In this document: in pieces, positions 39,719 to 48,890 of the stretch
Layout: the number at the start of each line of letters is the position of its first letter
Numbering within the stretch: position 1 is the stretch's first letter
IMG/VR virus record: IMGVR_UViG_3300045988_122545
Location: 1 to 64,000 of that record
Strand: one strand, 5' to 3'
Length of the DNA stretch: 64,000 nucleotides
Source of the DNA: a virus
Made by a program: the position numbers and the translations under genes
Notes under the pieces: model-generated
What the model was told of the DNA's origin: nothing
What the model saw: only the letters and a program-made list of their open reading frames with translations
The model's database searches: none

Positions 39719-40705
39719 TTATTTTTCTGCAGTACCTGAAATAAAGCTCTTTAAGTTCTTATAGAATCGTGAACTTGACAAAGAACCTGATTTAACGTAT
39801 ACTTCAGTAGTAAGAGGAGTAGACTTAACATACTGATTATCACAGCTCAAGTAAGCATTATCATTTTCAATAGTAAGATAATCATATGTAGTACCTTCCT
39901 GTACATTACGTTTCTGTTCAATTACTGGATAAGCATCAGTAAATACATGACCTTTATAACCCATGCAACGCATTTCACGGTCACGCACTTGCTTCCAATA
40001 ACCTTTACCAGGATTACCATCAGTCTTAGTCATCGTCATACCAGGAACAGTTGCAGGAACGTTAGATAACAATGCACCAGGAATAGTTACATAGATAGAA
40101 GCTTCCATGCATACTACTGTATATTCATTAATAGAATATAATCCTTCATTATCATCTTTTTCCAAAGCTGTCAAAGTTAATTTCTTACTTAAACTAGTAA
40201 CAGATACACGACGATTCTTATGAGCATTGATCTGTTTAGCAAAAGCATCACACAAATCCTGAGGAGTTTCTGTCTGAGCAATTACTTCATAAGTATGAGT
40301 AAACTGACCCGGAGCTTCATACAAATCTTTATAAACAATGCGTAATACATATCTATGACCAATAACAATTTCTGCACTAGCCATATTGAACTCAATCTTT
40401 TCCTGAACAGGAGCAGAATAAGCCTGCATTACACTATTCAAATTTTTACCTTTTTGGATTTCATTAGAAAATTCGATTTCTTTCTTATCTTCCAATGCAC
40501 CAGTTTGAGGGTTAACTACTTTCATAGTACCTTTGCAAACACCTACATAAACAGAGTTTGCAGCTGCTGATTTTGCACCATCAGTAAGGATATTTTTATT
40601 TTCATCAAACAATGCTACTTCACCTACATTCAAAGCATCTGCTGTAGAATAACTAGCTGGGCAAGCAGCATTTGCGATCATTACACTATCAACTCTTGTA
40701 ATCAT
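39719..40705 (-). CDS. Abundant virion structural protein candidate (328 aa; capsid-auxiliary or other major structural component)
   Basis: Intact ORF with no TAG and elevated GC/codon bias like the capsid gene. It has its own 108-nt upstream intergenic region and a strong terminator. The function is inferred from context only. Confidence 0.5.
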   Translation of the reverse strand: MITRVDSVMIANAACPASYSTADALNVGEVALFDENKNILTDGAKSAAANSVYVGVCKGTMKVVNPQTGALEDKKEIEFSNEIQKGKNLNSVMQAYSAPVQEKIEFNMASAEIVIGHRYVLRIVYKDLYEAPGQFTHTYEVIAQTETPQDLCDAFAKQINAHKNRRVSVTSLSKKLTLTALEKDDNEGLYSINEYTVVCMEASIYVTIPGALLSNVPATVPGMTMTKTDGNPGKGYWKQVRDREMRCMGYKGHVFTDAYPVIEQKRNVQEGTTYDYLTIENDNAYLSCDNQYVKSTPLTTEVYVKSGSLSSSRFYKNLKSFISGTAEK

Positions 40706-40813
40706 TTTTTAATTTATTAATTTGTTAGACTTCGCGCCAGTCTTCGCTCTATTCTTCTACTTTCCTATTTACTAAGTAAATTAATTTCCACGTCGAATAA
40801 GCGCATTAATTTA

Positions 40814-41542
40814 TTATTCCATTACTTGCGTTTCCTAAGCAAGTAAATTATAATTCTGTGTTGGTTTATTTGCCGCATATAATCTGACTGCTAATTTAAC
40901 AATCTCCATATGCGTATGTGATGGCAATTCTGTATATTCCTAAGATAAATCATCATTAGTAAATATACCTTTAGGTTTGCTTAAATATACTAAATTATAT
41001 TCTGCAACTTTATAATTACCATCTGTATATAAAACAATGTTGTTACCTTGAATCAATTTTAAAGGTCTTGCATAACAATGTTTTAATTTGTGTTCAGATA
41101 AAGAATTAGATAATTGTCTATCTATGGTTTCAATAGTTGATTCTAAAGTATCTACATTTTTCACTATATAATTGTTGTCAGAATCTTTCTTCCAGCAATC
41201 ATTAATAATACCATCTGCAGGACTTATTCCAGCTGTATCTCCAAGTAAAAGAGTGTAATCTTCTGGAAGTTCTACAATATATTTAGGATTATTATTAATT
41301 ATTTCTGTAGTATACTTTTTATTTCTAACTAAAGTACGTAAATCATCTATTCTCTTCTGTGATTGTTCAAATCCTTCTTGTTTAGTATTTAAACCAGAAT
41401 ATCTTGTTTTCCAAAAAAGATCAATAGCTTCATTTAATATAGAAAACAACTAATCAGATGTTAACTTATTTTCAGCTACTAATTTAGCGTCATTCAATTG
41501 GAGTCTACGTTCCAATTCAATCTACATTTCACGTTTTGTCAT
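40814..41542 (-). CDS. Head-tail connector-region protein (about 242 aa), 4 in-frame TAG
   Basis: ORF 40940..41449 extends both ways through TAG. TAA 40814 was read codon by codon and ATG 41540-41542 is in phase. Confidence 0.55.
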
Positions 41543-41543
41543 A

Positions 41544-42251
41544 TCATTCCTCCATTTGAATTAATTGACTCTTTGTTGAAAATCTTTGTGATTCTATATT
41601 TTCTAAAGCTAATTGTACTGCTCTATTAACAACTTCGTACCATGTTTGATCTGGTAATTCACTTAAACCTAAATCAGATGGTAGATTGTTAATCAAACAC
41701 GGATGTTTAACGTACGTTAAATCTAATCGATATTCATCCGCATTCATTGATATCGGATCATAATATATTTTTAAAGTATTATTTTCAATAACACCAACTG
41801 GATTATCTATCCAAGGGATATTATTATTGGTCTTTATAAAATTCTTTATCTATGTATGATCCAATAATTTTACAGTAGCACAATTATCTTTTCCATCTTT
41901 AATCCAGTGAAATACAGAAGATACATAAAACATTCTTCCTCTATTGTTAGTCTATCTGTTTAAAAGATTTACTAATGACGCACAGTTCGTATTTTCACTA
42001 GCATTTAGTTTTAAAGACTCATCTGTTCTAATAAGTCTATCAAAATCAGAGATACGTTTTACATCACCTTCAAATTTTACTTCGTTTTCAGTACCACCTG
42101 TAAACTTTGTCATAAGTAATGCATAGTATCCTTTATTTATCCAATAATCTATTTCAGCGTCAATAAATGCAGGTACACCACCGTATGCTACACTATTAGA
42201 ATTTTTGTCTAATTCTACTTTAAAGGCTATATGTAATTCGTCTCTATTCAT
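41544..42251 (-). CDS. Head-completion/connector-region protein (about 235 aa), 2 in-frame TAG
   Basis: Pieces 41952..42251 and 41544..41747 are in the same frame (708 nt) and joined through TAG. Stop is TGA. Confidence 0.6.
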
Positions 42252-42253
42252 TA

Positions 42254-43006
42254 TTACTTAGATTTAATTTCTTTAAGTATCGCTAAATAAATATCTTGGT
42301 TCTTCTTATCTTTAAGATAAGCAATAACGTCATCAACACCATTACCGATAACATCTGTACCAAAATAATAAGTAGCTCTATTCTTTCTAATAATATTTTT
42401 ACTCAAAGCTTCTTCAATTACAAAACTGTATTCTTTATCAGGATTTTCAATCCAAATACTGATAAATTTGGCAGGATTCTTTTCTACGTTTTCTGTAAGT
42501 TTAGCTTCTACTACTTCATTAGACAAAGTATCTGATTTAACACCGAACAGACGTAAACATTTACGCATATCATCCAATGTCATCTTATCCAAAGCACGAT
42601 AAGCTTCACGTTTAGTTTTATTATATTTATTCTGTTCTGTAGCTTCAAGATCTTTATCTACGATTACATAATCTGTTTTAGGACTAATCTTACTTACTCC
42701 ATCTGCAACGTGTTTATGATTCTTTAGAAACAAATATTGTAATTCACCTTCAGGAGTATCGGTGTTTATAATAAGTTCTTTTCTACCAATTTTAACAGCA
42801 AAAGTATCCCAGAAAGAACTATCTGGATCTAAATGACCCAACGGTAATCTCATTTTTTCTTCTAATTCTCTTGCTTTCTACGTAGTTAAACCTGTATATC
42901 TACTACCTGATCTAGTCCAATATGAACTAATAAAATCGAAGCATTTATCCCATTTAATCAATCCTGTCCAAGGATTTGTTTTTGTCATTCTAACGATTAC
43001 TTCCAT
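42254..43006 (-). CDS. Hypothetical structural-module protein (250 aa), 1 in-frame TAG
   Basis: ORF 42254..42853 extends through one TAG to ATG 43004-43006 (phase checked). Confidence 0.6.
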
Positions 43007-43031
43007 AATTATATTTAATTAGATTATCTAG

Positions 43032-44114
43032 TTAGTTATTAATAATTTCTTTTACCCAGTAACCAGTAGGCATTTCTCCGCCTAAGTATTTTTTAATGGT
43101 TCTGAAGTCAGATCTTAAATATTTTTCTAAAGCCCTAATACCTTCTATTCTGATAGGAGTATCAGAAAGTGTAGTATTGTGAACTTCAAATATTCTGATT
43201 CTTTTTGTTGCAATAATATCTCTTAATTCTTTATAGTCTATTACTTTTCTATCTTCTTCTTTACCGTACTTCCAATTAAATCTTCTACGGATTGCCGGAA
43301 CTTTATTTATATACTCTGGGTCATTAATATATTTTCGTATAGTACAACCAGAAATACCTGATGCTTTGGATGCGTCTGAAATACTACCATATTTTGCAAT
43401 TAAATTACCTTTTAAATCATATTGTTCTACGGGAGTAGATAAACCATTCATGTCACCATTTTCGACTATTCTTAAAGCTCGTTTGCGTTTGAATTCTTCA
43501 GATTGTTTGGGAACATAATTTAAATTCATGTAATAGTCTTTTATATTTATTTGTAATTTGATATCTTCTCTGTTATCTGGAGATAATATCCAAACATAAG
43601 GATTCTTTTTAGATGGTTTCATCGCTTGTTTACGAAGTATTCTGTAAATAGACGTTTTAGATATGCCAGTATCTTCGGATGCTGCTTCTATACTAGGATA
43701 TTCTTTAACAAATATACCATTTACGTCATATTGAAGTATAGGCTTTCTGTTTTCTGAAATTTTTCCTCTATGAAGAATACCTATTTTTTCTTTAGTTTCA
43801 TCTGATTGAAATCTAACTCCTCCGCCTAGCTTGTTGTTATATCCTATTTCAGGATTGGTTGCACCAAGTAAAACTATCCAATAATTCTCACGCTCGTTCA
43901 TATGAGCTAAATCTTTGCATAGTTCAATAGTTTCTATTTTAAAATTATTTTCGCCATACTCTCGTATTGCATTGCAGATAGCCGTTGTGCCACCACCATT
44001 TGCTTTAATTACGTGTCTTCTAAATCTGTATGACGCGCCTTCAGTAGTGGCACCAACGTATATCTTGTTATTAACCAAATTAGTCAATTTATAAATTTCG
44101 TAGATCTTTTCCAT
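43032..44114 (-). CDS. Free-standing GIY-YIG homing endonuclease with tandem NUMOD/IENR-type DNA-binding repeats
   Basis: The N-terminus IYKLTNLVNNKIYVGAT...RFRRH...NERENYW matches the GIY-YIG motifs. Two HTH-like repeats are present (YDVNGIFVKEYPSIEAASEDTGISKTSIYRIL and YDLKGNLIAKYGSISDASKASGISGCTIRKYI). No TAG. Confidence 0.85.
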   Translation of the reverse strand: MEKIYEIYKLTNLVNNKIYVGATTEGASYRFRRHVIKANGGGTTAICNAIREYGENNFKIETIELCKDLAHMNERENYWIVLLGATNPEIGYNNKLGGGVRFQSDETKEKIGILHRGKISENRKPILQYDVNGIFVKEYPSIEAASEDTGISKTSIYRILRKQAMKPSKKNPYVWILSPDNREDIKLQINIKDYYMNLNYVPKQSEEFKRKRALRIVENGDMNGLSTPVEQYDLKGNLIAKYGSISDASKASGISGCTIRKYINDPEYINKVPAIRRRFNWKYGKEEDRKVIDYKELRDIIATKRIRIFEVHNTTLSDTPIRIEGIRALEKYLRSDFRTIKKYLGGEMPTGYWVKEIINN

Positions 44115-44185
44115 AATTAATATTTTAGTTATACTTTATATAACGTCAAAATATTAATTATGTTGATATTTTACCTAGAAAAAAT

Positions 44186-45652
44186 TTACTCGCTTAGCAT
44201 GATAAGTTCTCCGCAAGCTCTAGGATCTCTAAGCATTATACCCATTTCACCTAAGAAATGAACAGAATAGCCATCCTTAGCATTACTACGAACTTCAGTA
44301 TTAGAATGAGCGTAACCTGCAGGAGTTACAGAACCAGCCGTACACCAGTTAACGAATTCACGGTCTTTACGAACAACCTTAACAATGTTAGCTTCACCAT
44401 CACGACGACCAAGGTCAAGGAATGTCATACGATATGATTCCAACGGTTTCAAAGTAATCGGATGCAACTGACGGTTGTAAGTAGTATTGTCATACAACGG
44501 GAAATACTTCAAAGTAAGTTCAATACCGTTAGACATCTTATAAGTCTTGAACTGACCACCAAATGTCAAATTGTCACCAGAACCAGTTACGAATACAGTA
44601 TCGATAAGATTCATGTTAGCCATCTTTTCTTTCAATACTCTATCGAACTCACGCATACCCATTTCACCAGTCAATGCAACAAACTTACGTTCGTTAGTAC
44701 CAAGTACATTGTATGACAAGTCTGACAAGAAATCTTCGAGCAATTCAGCAGTCAAACGAGTATAGAAACGTCTGTTAGACGGAGCAATCTGTTCGAGCAA
44801 ACCAGCACCGATAAATACCGGACGACCGTTAGCACCTTTCAGATTACAAGAACCATCACGGTTAACATTACTTACATTATAAACTAAAGCACGTTCAATA
44901 CGCTTATACCATTCACGCATAGCAACCCATTCCTGGAATGTAGACCACAAATAAGAAGTCTTACCTGATTTAGGATCTTTCAAAGCAACTGCCATTACAG
45001 TAGAATAAGCTGAACCAGTAATATCATAAGAAAGACGTACTGTCGTAAGATAGTTACGCATCTTGAAATGAGTATTATAGTTCAGGATATCAGCCTGTTC
45101 ACTATATTCTTCGTATGCAGAAGCAAGACGAGATACCTGACAACCTGGTTTTAAAACAGACGGATCAATATAAGATGCAGGATTACCATTAGAAACAAAT
45201 ACAGTATAAACATACAAGCTACCATCCTGATACGGAGCATCTGATACACGTACCTGGCTCTTGTCATCAAGTTCCAAAGTAGCACCCGGACCAAACCAGT
45301 TATCTTCCAACCACAACTGAATCGGAGTGTTGTTCAAACCAGCAGTAGTAGTATCTGAAATGGTTGCGCCATTCCATTTTGCATCACGGATTGTAACTGC
45401 ACGATCCTGATCAATCATTACACCCCATTCGAAAGAAGGCTGATCGATAACCATTACGTTACCAAGACCACCAGTAAGCATATCCAAAGATGTTGTGTAA
45501 CCATTATCTTTTGTACCAAATACGTATGATAAAATAGTTGATACTTCATACGGTCTCTACTGTGAAGCGATTGAAATTTTATTAGTATCAATCAAATCAC
45601 TAAACCATTTTCCTTTATAGAGGACTAAATTATTTAGAATATTGTTATCCAT
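44186..45652 (-). CDS. Major capsid protein candidate (488 aa), 1 in-frame TAG at 45557-45559
   Basis: ORF 44186..45487 extends through a single TAG to ATG 45650-45652 (phase checked, 1467 nt). It lies directly downstream of the acidic scaffold-like gene. Its size is typical of crAss-like MCPs, and GC and codon bias are elevated. Confidence 0.6.
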
Positions 45653-45697
45653 AATATTTTATTAATATTTCAATATTGAATTTTTAATTATTTTAAA

Positions 45698-46855
45698 TTA
45701 AGATATACGCAATCTTCTTGTAAAACTATCCCATATAGTATCACTATTTGAATCTCTTCCGGAGGTGTTTCTAGATTTTGAATTAACCGTAGTATTTTTT
45801 AAGCTATCTTTAAACTTATTAATTGCGGTATTATTTCCTTCTCTTTTAGCAGCATTTATTAATTTATCAGCATTCATTGTGAAATATGCAGATTCGATTA
45901 AGTTCTTTACGCCACCTTTAGCATAATCCTTCTGATATTTTGTTTTACCATCAGAATCAGGTTTAAGGATATAATCCATCAAAACCTTCTTATCCTTTTC
46001 TGGGATTGCGATTCCGCGTATATTTTTTAAGTTCTTTATTTCCGTGACAACGTTATCACAGAAATCCTGTTGTCTTTGACGATACTGCTCATAAGCTCTT
46101 TTCTGTTCTGCCAATAGCTGTTCTTTCTTCTGTTCTTTAATCTCTTTTAAATCTTCTATGGCATCTTGGGCTTCATCTTCGAGAAGTCCGGCGTCGATAT
46201 ACTTAGATATCTTCTTGTCGATTTGTTTTTCATTAAAACCTTTTTCTCTAAGTAATGACTTAACTACAAGCTTCTGGTTAGTTTCATCGTCTAAATCTAT
46301 TTCATCTAAATCTAATTCTGCATCAATCTGTAAATATTTAGCTAAATCTCCACCCTGTTTAACATAATTATCAAGAGCTTCAATTTCTTCACTAGCGTAC
46401 TGAGGTTTACTGTCTTCTTCGATTACTTTACTAAAATAGTTAATCAGATCTTCTACATTCTTTGGCTTTTCTTCATCAGTTACATCTGCCCATTCTAACT
46501 TTTCAGCAATAGCATCGAAGAAGTTAGTCACCATCTCTGTTTCGTTGCTATCAAAATTGATTTGATTTTTAGGTTCATCAACATCTTTATCTGGTTCATC
46601 TTGCTTCGGATCAACAACATTATCATTGTCATCATCCTTATCAGGATCTTGTTCTTCAGAAGTTGTTTTGATTTTACCTTCTTTCTTCATCTTAGCGACA
46701 ATAGGATCTTCTACTTTCTTGTTTTCGTCATCATCGTCGTCATCATTAACTTTATTTTCAAAGTTCTCTAACTCAAGTTCTTGTTCTGTTTTAGGGATAA
46801 AGCTATCAATAATTGTTTCAAATCCACCTAAAACATTTGTTTCTTTTTTTTCCAT
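45698..46855 (-). CDS. Scaffolding-like protein (acidic, coiled-coil, about 385 aa)
   Basis: The ORF-track entry 45698..46891 uses an alternative start; the first ATG gives MEKKETN at 46855. It has poly-D/E tracts and a KEQKKEQLLAEQKRAYEQYRQRQ coiled coil, and sits before the capsid gene. No TAG. Confidence 0.55.
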   Translation of the reverse strand: MEKKETNVLGGFETIIDSFIPKTEQELELENFENKVNDDDDDDENKKVEDPIVAKMKKEGKIKTTSEEQDPDKDDDNDNVVDPKQDEPDKDVDEPKNQINFDSNETEMVTNFFDAIAEKLEWADVTDEEKPKNVEDLINYFSKVIEEDSKPQYASEEIEALDNYVKQGGDLAKYLQIDAELDLDEIDLDDETNQKLVVKSLLREKGFNEKQIDKKISKYIDAGLLEDEAQDAIEDLKEIKEQKKEQLLAEQKRAYEQYRQRQQDFCDNVVTEIKNLKNIRGIAIPEKDKKVLMDYILKPDSDGKTKYQKDYAKGGVKNLIESAYFTMNADKLINAAKREGNNTAINKFKDSLKNTTVNSKSRNTSGRDSNSDTIWDSFTRRLRIS

Positions 46856-46865
46856 AATTAACATA

Positions 46866-48299
46866 TTAATTAGATTCGTTATTATTCTCAAAATACATTG
46901 CAGCTCCAGGTATACTCAACAAAGGTATCTTATTAAACCATTTGGTGTATTCTCCAGGACTATTAAATTGTAAGTATGCTGCTCGAACAGCATTCATTTC
47001 TGACGGTAAAGAGTTTATTGCTCTTTTAATAGTTTTAGTTGTTACTTTCTATCCTGGTCTATCCATTAATCCTATTGACTACACATAACTACGTAATGTA
47101 TTCATATAAGATTTCTATTCAGTTCCTTGTCTAAAGTAATCTGTTTTATCAGGATATAAAGGATTACTATCTGTAGATAAATCTCTACGTAATGCACTAA
47201 ACATATTATTGTTATAATCAGCATTAGCGTTTTGAGACAGATTAAAATCTACATAATGACCTAATTCATGCTATGCAGTAGGTCTATCAATCCTATCCAA
47301 ATGAGGAGATATATTATACTCAAAATCAGTATATCCTGCAGGTATCTTATTCATTCTAAATCTTTCCATAGCATCTTTTCTAGCTGCCATTTCAGCTTTA
47401 GCATCACCAAAGAACTATTTAGCTTTCGGTTCAGGTAAACCTGTATATTTATTTTCATAAGTATCCAGAACGCCTTTATATATTTTAGTGTAATCGTCTC
47501 CGTATTGTTCATTTATTGCTCTAGCACGATCCCAATAATCCTGATCAGTATATAAATCTTCTATTACTCTATTTCTCTGATTTATTGCATCAGTATAAAC
47601 ATCTCTGCTTAACCCATTTGGTCTTACTTCTCTTCCTAATACTTTATTTATTTTATCACTAAAATATTTAGGATTAACAGAAGGTATTTCCCTAACAATC
47701 TTTTTTAATGGCTTCGATATTGCACCAGGTAATAATGCTGCTGCACCAATCAAACCAGCTGTAATATAATCTCCTTGACTAGCACTCTGATATACATCAT
47801 TTGCTGTTATAGCATTTCCAACAGGAGTAAGATTAGCAGCATCTTGAATAGATACTACTGGTTTTAAGAATCCTGCTCCAGGATTATATCCGTAATTCCA
47901 TTTACCATTTGAATATGTTACTGGTATTTCTGATGTATTTGATTGAATACCGTCTGTACCATTTGCGTATCCACTTATATCTCCAGTAGGACTATATGTT
48001 TTAGTATAAGTTACCCCATTCTTTTCATACGGAAAATATCCTGCAGCTGCATCATTCTATATAGCTTTATTATAAGTAGAATGAGATTTCGGTTTTAGAA
48101 TTTCACCTGTATATGGGTTTCTGCTACCTAAATGATAATATCCATCTTCATTCAATTCTGGTTTCAATCCTCCAGTATAAGCTCCAAAATTATTGTATTG
48201 CCAATCTGGAGTATGAGCTAAATTATCTGGAAGAGAATTCTTCCATTCCCAGTAACTCAGCTAGGGATTAGATTCCCTAGCTTGTTTGAACTGGTCCAT
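46866..48299 (-). CDS. HExxH (HELGHY) metallopeptidase-motif protein (about 477 aa), about 7 in-frame TAG
   Basis: ORF 47415..47753 extends both ways through TAG. ATG 48297-48299 and TAA 46866-46868 were phase-checked. The motif at 47256-47270 is immediately preceded by an in-frame TAG (47271-47273). Confidence 0.6.
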
Positions 48300-48312
48300 T
48301 CTCTATCTAAAT

Positions 48313-48498
48313 TCACTTCTTTCCATAACCACCATTTAATAATCTATCTGCTAAAATATTTGCGACAATGTTCATAGTAAAATCATTAGCGTTTTCTTCT
48401 GGTGAATTTAAACGTCTTGATATTTGAGTAAGAATTATATATATTTGTTCTAATAATTCTCTATCACTTAATTGGCTTAGGTTTACCATAACTTCCAA
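48313..48498 (-). CDS. Hypothetical small protein (61 aa; start uncertain)
   Basis: ORF-track entry with a TGA stop. It overlaps the 3' end of the upstream gene. Confidence 0.45.
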   Translation of the reverse strand: MEVMVNLSQLSDRELLEQIYIILTQISRRLNSPEENANDFTMNIVANILADRLLNGGYGKK

Positions 48499-48814
48499 TC
48501 TTTATATATTTTAGCCATGAATAATGCTTTCGTTCTTTGATATAGTTTAGATTGTCATCATTATCGTAAGCTTCACGTTCAAATGATATATTACGATAAG
48601 CATTACCTTTCATAAATAATCTTATGACCCATTCTATTATATACCATATATAAAATAATATATAAAGCATTTCTTTCATCTATGCGGTATGAATAGATTC
48701 ATGATTAATTGTTTTATCATCTATTTTACTACCTTTTCTAGCAAACAATACACCAAATAGATTTATTGCTTTAAAACCTGGGAATGGTATTATACTGTTA
48801 AATATTACTTTCAT
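48464..48814 (-). CDS. Small HExxH-motif (NHESIH) membrane-associated protein (116 aa), 1 in-frame TAG
   Basis: ATG 48812-48814 (MKVIFNSIIPFPGF...) was phase-checked. Pieces 48680..48901 (partly) and 48464..48679 are joined by TAG 48680. The motif is at 48689-48703. Stop is TGA. Confidence 0.6.
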
Positions 48815-48815
48815 A

Positions 48816-48875
48816 TTATTTACCTCCTTTACCTTTTCCGCCTTTTCCTTTTTTAGAACCACCTTTACATGCCAT
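48816..48875 (-). CDS. Micro-ORF encoding a 19-aa Lys/Gly-rich peptide MACKGGSKKGKGGKGKGGK
   Basis: Read base by base from ATG 48873-48875 to TAA 48816-48818. It is preceded by AAGGAGGTG 7 nt upstream. Its own 3' end recreates AAGGAGGT upstream of the next ATG. Confidence 0.35.
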   Translation of the reverse strand: MACKGGSKKGKGGKGKGGK

Positions 48876-48890
48876 ATTATTACACCTCCT

